A stretch of DNA of 59,079 nucleotides from a virus (lineage: Duplodnaviria; Caudoviricetes), in the IMG/VR virus record IMGVR_UViG_3300025572_000009, positions 1-59,079 of that record, one strand, 5' to 3'. Under the pieces are notes generated by a model, which saw only the letters and a program-made list of their open reading frames with translations, ran no database searches and was not told the origin of the DNA. The translations under genes and the position numbers were made by a program. This document shows positions 9,573 through 16,725 of the stretch, one piece after another. Each line of letters opens with the position of its first letter. Positions within the stretch are counted from its first letter, which is position 1.

Positions 9573-9616
9573 GTGTCCTGTTCTCCCTTCGCTAGAGGTT
9601 GCTTAAACCGGCCGGA

Positions 9617-9832
9617 TCACCCGTTGGCGACTGCAATGGGCCGACCCGCCGCGTGCCATGCGTCCCTTGCATGGCAAAACGCTGGATAGGACGGCAGGGA
9701 TTTCGCCTCGGGCCGGAACCGTAGATCACCCGGCCACATCTTACGGCGCTGAGCCTCCGCCCTTATTTCCTCCGACCATGCATCGTCGGCCGCGACGTAA
9801 GCTTGATACAGAGGATGAAGCCGTTTGTTCAT
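9617..9832 (-). CDS. hypothetical protein
   Basis: AAGGGTG RBS; early-region packing. Confidence 0.6.
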   Translation of the reverse strand: MNKRLHPLYQAYVAADDAWSEEIRAEAQRRKMWPGDLRFRPEAKSLPSYPAFCHARDAWHAAGRPIAVANG

Positions 9833-9865
9833 GCTGCACCCTTCTTCCAGGAATGTCCGCGACAT

Positions 9866-10111
9866 TCAGCAAGTAACCTTAACGACGGTGCATCCAGCCT
9901 TGCGGATCAGCCGCTCGCGGGCATTGGTCACGGGCTTGATGATGGACACGCGACCATGCCGGGTTTCCTTGGCCGGAACGGCAAGCCACGCTTGAGGCGC
10001 CCCTACCGCCTCGCGCACCGCATATAGCCTGCCTGCGCTGCATCGGACGTAACCGAACATTCCCCGTGTCATATCCCATTCTCCGGTTGCTTGCCATTCT
10101 GACTTGCGCAT
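9866..10111 (-). CDS. hypothetical protein
   Basis: GGGAG RBS directly after hairpin element C. Confidence 0.6.
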   Translation of the reverse strand: MRKSEWQATGEWDMTRGMFGYVRCSAGRLYAVREAVGAPQAWLAVPAKETRHGRVSIIKPVTNARERLIRKAGCTVVKVTC

Positions 10112-10120
10112 TCTCTATCT

Positions 10121-10202
10121 CCCGGTTGCTCCAAGCCTAGCAACGTGATTGCTACTAGGTTTAGATCAACCGGGCGCAGGCTAAAGTTACCTTAGCGCCC
10201 GG
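10121..10202 (-). ncRNA. double-hairpin element copy C
   Basis: CCGGGCGC...GCGCCCGG hairpin overlapping CCCGGUU-GA-11bp stem-GC-AACCGGG. Confidence 0.6.
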
Positions 10203-10221
10203 AAGCCTATGCCATCCTCTC

Positions 10222-10479
10222 TCACGCCACGACCGGAGACAGCAGGCGGCGCAAGCGGCGCCGGAAGCTGGCCGCATCGCGCGCATAAAACTGAGCCGTC
10301 CCGAGCACCTGCACCCACTCACGCCGGTCGTCCCGCCAGCACCACAGGCCGTCGTGCCTTGTGCTAGTGCGGTATTCGTGCACGCACGGATTGCCAAGCA
10401 TGTCCATGCCCTCCACGACGGCGGCGAGGCGACCGTTAGGGTCCATGTGAACGGAGATGCGCTTGATTTCGTCCATCAT
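10222..10479 (-). CDS. hypothetical protein
   Basis: GGGGAG RBS after hairpin element B. Confidence 0.65.
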   Translation of the reverse strand: MMDEIKRISVHMDPNGRLAAVVEGMDMLGNPCVHEYRTSTRHDGLWCWRDDRREWVQVLGTAQFYARDAASFRRRLRRLLSPVVA

Positions 10480-10497
10480 TCTGTCTCTCCCCATTCT

Positions 10498-10560
10498 CCG
10501 GTTGATTGAAATCCACCCGTTCGCGAGTGGATTTCAAGGAACCGGCCGGGTTGCGGCCGG
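10498..10560 (-). ncRNA. double-hairpin element copy B
   Basis: CCGGCCG-CAACC-CGGCCGG overlapping CCGGUU-CC-UUGAAAUCCAC...GUGGAUUUCAA-UC-AACCGG. Confidence 0.65.
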
Positions 10561-10566
10561 TTGCTG

Positions 10567-10752
10567 TTAGTCCGTATCTCTGTCCTCTGTGCGGTCCCTT
10601 AACTTTTTCGCCAATGCCTTCCACTCGTCGAGGAACAGACCGAGAGATTCGCCTCGCCTGACCTGTTCCTCTTCTTGCCTGACCCTCGCGGAAACGCATG
10701 CAGCAATGCGATCCCATTCCTGGTCAGTCAATGTCAGGGTGCTGGTTTTCAT
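10567..10752 (-). CDS. hypothetical protein, first early gene
   Basis: 61-aa ORF with ATG 2 nt after hairpin element A. Confidence 0.55.
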   Translation of the reverse strand: MKTSTLTLTDQEWDRIAACVSARVRQEEEQVRRGESLGLFLDEWKALAKKLRDRTEDRDTD

Positions 10753-10754
10753 GT

Positions 10755-10832
10755 CCGGTTGCCCCAAGCCCACGGCCCGATTGCCGTGGGTTTGGAGGAA
10801 CCGGGCGGCGGTTCAAGTAACCTGACCGCCCG
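10755..10832 (-). ncRNA. double-hairpin element copy A
   Basis: CGGGCGG...CCGCCCG hairpin overlapping CCGGUU-CC-13bp stem-GC-AACCGG. Confidence 0.6.
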
Positions 10833-10916
10833 TGTTGTCGTCACTCGTCGTGCCTCTAGCTGCCTCGCATGACGGTTGCTCCACTGCATCTCTGACACCG
10901 CCGACTGACGGTGAGG

Positions 10917-10946
10917 ACTATAGGCACAGTCGGATGGGATGTGCAA
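10917..10946 (-). promoter_or_regulatory. candidate main early promoter
   Basis: TTGCAC-18nt-TATAGT at the head of the minus-strand arm. Confidence 0.5.
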
Positions 10947-10949
10947 GCA

Positions 10950-11800
10950 CAGAAGTGATCACAGAATCGTGAGGTTGGTTAAAGTTTGTTAATGTGGGGT
11001 AAGGTAACTGAAGGCTCGCGCGCGTGTGTGTGCGGGATGTGGGGCTCGGCGACGGCCGTCACCGCCTCCGACGCCCCGTGTGTGCGCATGTGCGGGATGA
11101 GGATCAGCGCATGGAGGGTGCCAGGGCTGATGATGGCGCGGAGATAGGGGGCAGGGTGCCCATAGTCACGCATGGCCTCCCGCCCCGATACTACAACTGA
11201 CCTCACTCGATGGCGCCGCCTGTGGTGCCGATTTTGACAGCGCAGGTAACAGACTATTACCCGCAAGTAGCCTAAGCCTTTGATTTTCCACGTAGTTACC
11301 ACCAAACGCCAGAAAGGCCCTACCTGACTGCGGATTCTGCCCCCCGTGGGCCTGGGCCACCCACCCCCTCCACCCATACCATGTATGAGGTCGCCACAAA
11401 ATTACGGATTAAGACCTGAAACTACTTCCATTTCTCGTCCCATTTCCACCACCAGGGGGTCTAAATCATGTCACACTTTTGCCATGAAGACCCACCCATG
11501 TCTCTGAAAAATCTCATTTTTTAACTTGTAACCACTTTCCCTAACCCGTTTTTATCCACAACCCACTGCCGGAGGCATACTAATATCATTTTATCAAACA
11601 CTTACCTGCCTAAACTAATCTATTTTTTAGACAAACCCCCATAAAAACCCCACCCACGGGGGCATACTAGTACCGTTTTGTTAAAATCACCTACCAGAGC
11701 TAGCCCACTGTCCGAAGCAACCCCCACACACACAAAACCCCCGCACCATACGGAGCGGGGGCTAAGGTGATCTAATCTGGCCCGGTAACGGACTATCTAT
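10950..11800. other. divergent non-coding region, probable genome terminus/origin
   Basis: No credible ORF; strand-skewed C/A-rich tract; DnaA box TTATCCACA at 11552-11560; imperfect repeats. Confidence 0.5.
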
Positions 11801-11811
11801 GGGTCTAACTA

Positions 11812-11840
11812 TTGACTTTCCAAGCTTTCTAAGATATAAG
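11812..11840 (+). promoter_or_regulatory. sigma70-like promoter
   Basis: TTGACT-17nt-TATAAG. Confidence 0.6.
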
Positions 11841-11906
11841 ATGGGCATTTCCAAGTCTCGCCTGACTATGTGGGACGCATTCAGGGGGAGTGTTCATCGT
11901 GCGTCC

Positions 11907-12344
11907 ATGATACGGCGCTGTAAAGTGTGTAAGCGGGGTTTTGTGCCGAAGAACAGTAGGCATGTCTTCTGTCGGAGGAAGTGTAAGGATCGTTGGAATT
12001 GGGCTGAGAAGTCTTCTCGGTTTGACAAAGACCCAAGACCGAAGCTTTTGATGCATGCTCGTGAGCGAGCTAGAAGGAAAGGGGTTCCATTCCGTCTAAC
12101 CGTTAATGACATTCCACCCATTCCCGAGGATGGTAAGTGTCCGGTCCTGGGTATTCCTCTGATGCGAGCCCTGGGTTTCCAGGGTGGTGGCTCCCCTACC
12201 CTTGATCGAATCATTCCCCACCTGGGTTATATCCCTGGGAACGTGAGGATCATATCCTTCAGAGCTAACACCCTGAAGGGCGATGGGACAGCAGAGGAGC
12301 ATGAGGCCATAGCCAGGTATATTCGGGAGAACACCCCGGCATAA
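11907..12344 (+). CDS. His-Me finger (HNH-like) endonuclease
   Basis: CKVC...FCRRKC Zn site, ARERARRKG, CPVLG, SPTLDRI...GYIPGNVRIIS..ANTLK; start placed after the promoter. Confidence 0.8.
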   Translation: MIRRCKVCKRGFVPKNSRHVFCRRKCKDRWNWAEKSSRFDKDPRPKLLMHARERARRKGVPFRLTVNDIPPIPEDGKCPVLGIPLMRALGFQGGGSPTLDRIIPHLGYIPGNVRIISFRANTLKGDGTAEEHEAIARYIRENTPA

Positions 12345-12373
12345 AAAATCCCCTGGAGCTTTGCTCACAGGGG
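12343..12373 (-). terminator. intrinsic terminator
   Basis: CCCCUGUGAGC-AAA-GCUCCAGGGG followed by AUUUUUU. Confidence 0.65.
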
Positions 12374-12500
12374 TATCTAAAAGAATGAGATTTTAATGAT
12401 ATATGTCTAAATATTAAGACAAAGGGGTTAATAAGGGCATGCCCTGGGGGCATTGTTATGGGGTATATATACCGCTCCCTTCGGTCGCGGAGTAAAAGAT

Positions 12501-12528
12501 ATTATATCCAAATTTTTCGATTTGTCAA
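12501..12528 (-). promoter_or_regulatory. consensus sigma70 promoter with no credible downstream CDS
   Basis: TTGACA-16nt-TATAAT. Confidence 0.7.
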
Positions 12529-12573
12529 GTGAAAAATGCTTTCCCGAAAGCACTTTTTGGAGGAGGCTGAGGA

Positions 12574-12858
12574 ATGACTAAGATAACTGAACTGCTGAAG
12601 CTGCTGCCCGAGGGTCCGATCTCTGCGTGGCCTGACTATGTGAGTTGGGATGATGAGTTTGTGGACGAGGGGGAGTGGATTGTTGGTGTTGCCTACAGGG
12701 ATGCAGCTGACAACACGGGCTACGAGGTGAAGCCTGGGGACGAAAAGCCGTGGGTCTGGTCAACCATCTGCGTGGTTGAGGGTGGCAAGGTTGCCCGTGT
12801 TCTGGCTGATATGTTGAATGAGATGCGCGAAAACATGCAGAATCGGGAGGAATCATGA
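12574..12858 (+). CDS. hypothetical protein
   Basis: GAGG RBS; ATGA overlap with the next gene. Confidence 0.7.
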   Translation: MTKITELLKLLPEGPISAWPDYVSWDDEFVDEGEWIVGVAYRDAADNTGYEVKPGDEKPWVWSTICVVEGGKVARVLADMLNEMRENMQNREES

Positions 12859-13247
12859 CCGACTTCAAGCACCATTGGGAGGTGGATGCGAATGGCTACC
12901 CCACCCCTCGTAGCCTGCGGAGTCTGGGGCGTGCCCTGCGGCGGATGGACATCCCGGACGTTGGGCGGTGGCTGGTGCGGGACTTCCCGCGCCTGTCGGA
13001 GTCCATCCCATACTCCGCCGTCTCCGTGGAGGTGGTCGAGGAGCCCCATGGCCTGCCTTACTACCAGATCGAGTTCAGCACGCTCGGCTGGTCGGGCCAG
13101 GAGGCGTTGATTGAGGTGGTGCTAAAGTCACTTTACATCAATTTGTTCTACTACTACGCGTGGCGCCGGGGTGGGCACTACACCTTCCGCGTCCCGGTCA
13201 ATCATGTGAAGGCGAATGCGGAGTCGGCACCGGATGCGGGAGAATGA
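12855..13247 (+). CDS. hypothetical protein
   Basis: GGAGG RBS; STLGWSGQE...RGGHY motif seen in phage proteins. Confidence 0.75.
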   Translation: MTDFKHHWEVDANGYPTPRSLRSLGRALRRMDIPDVGRWLVRDFPRLSESIPYSAVSVEVVEEPHGLPYYQIEFSTLGWSGQEALIEVVLKSLYINLFYYYAWRRGGHYTFRVPVNHVKANAESAPDAGE

Positions 13248-13341
13248 TCTGGTCCCGTTTGGGTTTGCCCCGGGGTGGTGGCGGCGTGTGCCGAGGTGTT
13301 TGACCCGTTTAAGGACTGATATTCCGTAAGTTTTCCATGAC

Positions 13342-13620
13342 ATGCTTGATGAACCGAAAATTTTCCTTGACAAATCCGAAAAATATGCTATAACGGGCGG
13401 ACCAGATGATGACGGGCTCCCCCCGATCACGGAGCGGTGGCTTGAATGGGTTATGGGCGACCTTGCCCGCTCAGGCGGCACAGAGGTTCGCTACATCCCG
13501 AGGCGTGATGTCTTCTATGTCAGGTCATTGATCCGAGAGAAGTTCGGCATCGTGCTTCCGGTCTTGGAAGTCGAGCGAATGCTGATCGAGGAAGGGTTGA
13601 TGGAGCCTGAGCATCGCTGA
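13342..13620 (+). CDS. conserved phage hypothetical protein (true start probably downstream, e.g. 13453)
   Basis: IPRRDVFYVRSLI...VERMLIEEGL; a promoter lies inside the 5' part of the ORF. Confidence 0.6.
   Translation: MLDEPKIFLDKSEKYAITGGPDDDGLPPITERWLEWVMGDLARSGGTEVRYIPRRDVFYVRSLIREKFGIVLPVLEVERMLIEEGLMEPEHR
13367..13394 (+). promoter_or_regulatory. sigma70-like promoter upstream of the ncRNA/tRNA cluster
   Basis: TTGACA-16nt-TATAAC with extended -10 TG. Confidence 0.65.
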
Positions 13621-13627
13621 ATGGAAT

Positions 13628-13855
13628 AGGTCACGGGACCGACGCGATGCCTCCCGCGCTACACAATGGCCCTAACCCCCGGGGCGATTCCGGGTCCCGT
13701 GACCTTCACTCTCCCGGCCTGTCCTTGTTCCTGCGGGGCTCGTGGCAGGCGGGAAACTCCGGGACTAGCCTCCATCCCGGTATTGCGGCACTCCGTAGTC
13801 ACCCCCTCCTTCCGCAGCCGCACCTCACCCCGTCCCCGGCCGGGTAATGCCGGGG
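13628..13855 (+). ncRNA. candidate structured RNA with three helical domains
   Basis: Stems 13629-40/13693-704, 13712-17/13759-64 and 13776-86/13844-54; C-rich loops. Confidence 0.45.
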
Positions 13856-13860
13856 CTTCT

Positions 13861-13935
13861 AGCGGGAAGATCAGGTGATCCGCTGCGGCTCATAACCGCA
13901 AGCTGACCAGGGTTCGAGTCCCTGTCCCGCCACCA
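13861..13935 (+). tRNA. tRNA-Met(CAT), initiator-like, atypical D arm
   Basis: Anticodon arm TGCGG-CTCATAA-CCGCA, T arm CAGGG-TTCGAGT-CCCTG, encoded CCA, A1:C72 mismatch. Confidence 0.8.
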
Positions 13936-13940
13936 GTTTC

Positions 13941-14246
13941 TTACCGCCGGTAGCGATAGCCCGGTGCGTAGCGATCCTCCCGATAGGATCGGTTTTCCTC
14001 AAATCCGTAGCGGCGGCGGGGCGCATAGTCGTCGTAGTCGTCATACGATGGGTGCCTAGAAGACCCGGGCAAAGGCAGGGAGTATCCCATTGGCCTGCCA
14101 TCCGCGCCCATGTAGTGCGTCCCGCCGCCGGGCATAGGCATTCCGTAACCTAGCGGCCTACCGTCCGCGCCGAAGAAAGTCTGCGCTGAAGCTTCGGAAG
14201 CACAGGCCAGAAGGAGCGCAGCAATAACGACAGAGGATCGCTTCAT
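13941..14246 (-). CDS. small secreted protein (moron) inside the tRNA cluster
   Basis: GGGAG RBS; signal peptide MKRSSVVIAALLLACASEASA; two GADGRPxGY..PxPG repeats. Confidence 0.75.
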   Translation of the reverse strand: MKRSSVVIAALLLACASEASAQTFFGADGRPLGYGMPMPGGGTHYMGADGRPMGYSLPLPGSSRHPSYDDYDDYAPRRRYGFEENRSYREDRYAPGYRYRR

Positions 14247-14316
14247 CTGTTTCTCCCGTTCCGGTAGCGGTGCCGAATGTGGAGCAACTTGCTGACTGTT
14301 TCAAGTCAGCACCTTT

Positions 14317-14389
14317 TGGACAGTAGCTCAATTGGTAGAGCGCCCGGCTGATCGGGTGGTTGCAGGTTCGAGTCCTGCTTGTCCAGCCA
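14317..14389 (+). tRNA. tRNA-like RNA with a 4-nt anticodon loop
   Basis: Intact acceptor TGGACAG/TTGTCCA, D arm, T arm and GCCA end; anticodon arm CCCGG-CTGA-TCGGG. Confidence 0.75.
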
Positions 14390-14413
14390 GTCCCAGGCCC
14401 CTGCCCTTTCTAC

Positions 14414-14489
14414 GCCTAGGTAGCTCAGAGGGTATAGCGCCGGTCTGAAAAACCGGATGTCGAAGGCTCGAAACCTTCCCCTGGCACTA
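14414..14489 (+). tRNA. degenerate tRNA-Phe(GAA)
   Basis: CCGGT-CTGAAAA-ACCGG intact; two acceptor mismatches, T loop CTCGAAA, 3' end CTA. Confidence 0.65.
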
Positions 14490-14494
14490 GTTTT

Positions 14495-14578
14495 GGGGAG
14501 GGCACCGCAATGGACGCGGTAGCGGTCTGTAAAACCGCCGCCTTCGGGCAGTGGGTTCGATCCTCTCACTACCCATCA
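14495..14578 (+). tRNA. degenerate tRNA-Tyr(GTA)
   Basis: GCGGT-CTGTAAA-ACCGC, long variable arm with TTCG loop; mismatched acceptor and T stems, 3' end TCA. Confidence 0.65.
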
Positions 14579-14602
14579 GCTTGTAGTAAGGAAACTTAAC
14601 AG

Positions 14603-15595
14603 ATGTCTGACAACATCCGTTACAGGGGCGACGATTACGATCCAATGCCCCCTCCGATCGGCATCCCCGAGGTTGACCGGCGAAACTATGCTGAGTGGAT
14701 CAGGCGTGGTCGCGCTCGTGCGGCTACTGGACAGAGCGCACTGGCTAATCCTGCGCGTCCGGCTCTGGTGCAGGTGGCTCCACAGAGCTTTGATCTTCTT
14801 CCTGCTCCTGGTGGTGCAGGTGGTGGTGCCCTGGTCCCGCCGGGTGGTGGCGGGGTGCCCCCGGTTGGCCCGGGAGGTAGTGTAGGATTTCCGCGCGCTT
14901 CTGGTGGCGTTCCCGCACCTATCCCTGCACAGGAATACGTAGGCCGTGTTCCGATCCGTGGTCGGGTGTTTGACGTAGCCCCTGTTGCCGTTCGTGGGCT
15001 TGCACGTCGGGCTATGGGGCCTGTTGGGTTCCTGCTTGATGCCGGTGGCCTTGAGCGTGGCGCTGCCTATGAGGCTGAGGAGCTTGAGCGGATTCGCAAT
15101 GCTGCTGCCGATGCGGAGCTTCGGCAGCTTGCCGAGTCTGAGCTTGCCGCGTCCGGTGGCGCTCCGCGCCGTGCGCAGGCTGCGCAGCCGTCCCGTGGGT
15201 CTTCTGGTAGCTCCCGCTCTACCGCTAGCCGGACTAGCTCCCGAGGCCGTAGCCGTTCCTCTTCGTCCCGCCGTGGAAGTGACTACACGGCCGACGAGCT
15301 TAACGCGGCAAGCCTTCGTTCGACGCGCGGTGAGGCAGAGCCATCGGAGCGCACTAAGGCGGTGCGGGCGAACATTGATCGGCGCCGTCGTGAGCTTGAG
15401 AGCGAGCGTCCGCGCATGGCGAAGGGCGGCACTATTGCTCCTCCGAAGGTCAGGCTTCCGCGCCTGACTGCTCCTCCGAAGGCCAAGCTTCCGCGCCTGA
15501 CGCCGAATTTCGTGCCCCGTGTTCCGAACCCTGCGGCACGTCTCCCCCGCCCTGGTAGGGCTGCGTCTGTTCCGAAGATCGGCAAGCGGCGATGA
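14603..15595 (+). CDS. low-complexity basic hypothetical protein
   Basis: 330 aa; T-ending codon bias like the structural genes; TAAGGA RBS. Confidence 0.75.
   Translation: MSDNIRYRGDDYDPMPPPIGIPEVDRRNYAEWIRRGRARAATGQSALANPARPALVQVAPQSFDLLPAPGGAGGGALVPPGGGGVPPVGPGGSVGFPRASGGVPAPIPAQEYVGRVPIRGRVFDVAPVAVRGLARRAMGPVGFLLDAGGLERGAAYEAEELERIRNAAADAELRQLAESELAASGGAPRRAQAAQPSRGSSGSSRSTASRTSSRGRSRSSSSRRGSDYTADELNAASLRSTRGEAEPSERTKAVRANIDRRRRELESERPRMAKGGTIAPPKVRLPRLTAPPKAKLPRLTPNFVPRVPNPAARLPRPGRAASVPKIGKRR
15436..15501 (+). repeat. 33-bp tandem repeat x2
   Basis: tgctcctccgaagg(t/c)ca(g/a)gcttccgcgcctgac, encoding APPKxxLPRLT. Confidence 0.9.
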
Positions 15596-15672
15596 CTCTG
15601 ACCATTCAGGCATTGCCGCCTGCTCTGATCTGGTTGTATATGCGATTGCGGGTGTGTTGACCCTAATCTGAC

Positions 15673-15930
15673 ATGGCTCGCGATTACACGAAAGAATACA
15701 ATCGGTATCACTCTAGGCCAGAGCAGATTAAGCGCCGAACCGCCCGCAACAGGTCTAGGCGCATTGCCGAACGTTTAGGGCTCGTTCGCCCTGGTGACGG
15801 AAAGGACGTTCACCACGCTAACGGCAATCCGCTCGACGTGAGGCCAGAGAATTTCCGGGCAGTTTCTCCGAGAACCAATCGCTCGTTCCCACGAACACGA
15901 ACCGCCCGAAAGAAGAATCCAACTGACTGA
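15673..15930 (+). CDS. small HNH endonuclease near terminase
   Basis: RDYTKEY...RNRSRR...GDGKDVHH.NGNPLD...N...NRS. Confidence 0.8.
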   Translation: MARDYTKEYNRYHSRPEQIKRRTARNRSRRIAERLGLVRPGDGKDVHHANGNPLDVRPENFRAVSPRTNRSFPRTRTARKKNPTD

Positions 15931-16038
15931 GCGCTATGTTTGATCCGGAACTCCACCTCCAAACGTTTTCATGGCTACTCCGAAGGCAATTGGGTCAACA
16001 TGATTTTCGGTCCCGTCGTTTATTCGTAGGGTTGAGCC

Positions 16039-16404
16039 GTGGCTGATCTGACGGACAAGCAGATTGCGTTTCTGGATGCGCTTTATGGCGAGGCTGAGGG
16101 CGACATTCGCAAGGCCATGGATATTGCTGGTTACAGCAAGAACACGCCGGAGAGCGTCGTCATCAACGCCCTGGCCGACGAGATCATTGACCGCAGCAAG
16201 CGTGTCATTGCGGCTAACACCGCCCGTGCCACCTTGAAGATGATCGGTGTCATTAAGGACCCGACTTCGCTTGGTGCTGAAAAGGCACTCAATGCGGCGA
16301 AGGAATTGCTCGACCGTGCCGGTATCGTGAAGAAGGACAAGGTGGAGGTGTCGGGCGATGGTAGCGTTGGCCTGTTCATTCTTCCGCCTAAGAAACAGGA
16401 CTAA
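16039..16404 (+). CDS. terS: terminase small subunit
   Basis: LTDKQIAFLDAL...AMDIAGYS, AAKELLDRAG, C-terminal LFILPPK; upstream of TerL. Confidence 0.8.
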   Translation: MADLTDKQIAFLDALYGEAEGDIRKAMDIAGYSKNTPESVVINALADEIIDRSKRVIAANTARATLKMIGVIKDPTSLGAEKALNAAKELLDRAGIVKKDKVEVSGDGSVGLFILPPKKQD

Positions 16405-16416
16405 GGTAACTTAATC

Positions 16417-16725
16417 ATGGCCGGACGATATAAGTCCTACCATCCGATCCGGCGCCGCAGCCGTCACATTCCGTGGGGTTATCGGGTGTCGAAGCATGAC
16501 CCGAAGCTTTTGGAGCCCATTCCGGAGATGCTTCGATTGCTCGACCAAGCCGAGCGTGCGTGGCGGGCTGGGACGGCTTCTCAACAGCAGATTGCGGATT
16601 GGCTGACCGCTAAGACGGGTGTGCCTATTACGAGGACGGGGCTGAGGGTTCGTTTCGAAGTCTTCGGCCCGAAGATGAGAAAGCGTGCCATCAGACCAGA
16701 CAGTGAAGAAAGGCTCCCTCTCTAA
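16417..16725 (+). CDS. conserved HTH-like protein between TerS and TerL
   Basis: IPWGYRV...LEPIPE...SQQQIADWL...ITRTGL. Confidence 0.7.
   Translation: MAGRYKSYHPIRRRSRHIPWGYRVSKHDPKLLEPIPEMLRLLDQAERAWRAGTASQQQIADWLTAKTGVPITRTGLRVRFEVFGPKMRKRAIRPDSEERLPL

Noticed and set aside
7718-10832. CRISPR or mini-array interpretation of the early-region repeats
   Set aside because: Copies are separated by whole genes, conserve structure rather than sequence, and no cas operon is present (the Cas4-like gene is a replication exonuclease)
10979-11399. ORFs in the divergence region
   Set aside because: No RBS, low-complexity translations, and atypical composition
13628-13770. Known self-cleaving ribozyme (hammerhead, HDV/theta, pistol)
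   Set aside because: Catalytic core consensus sequences could not be matched by eye on either strand; kept only as a generic structured RNA
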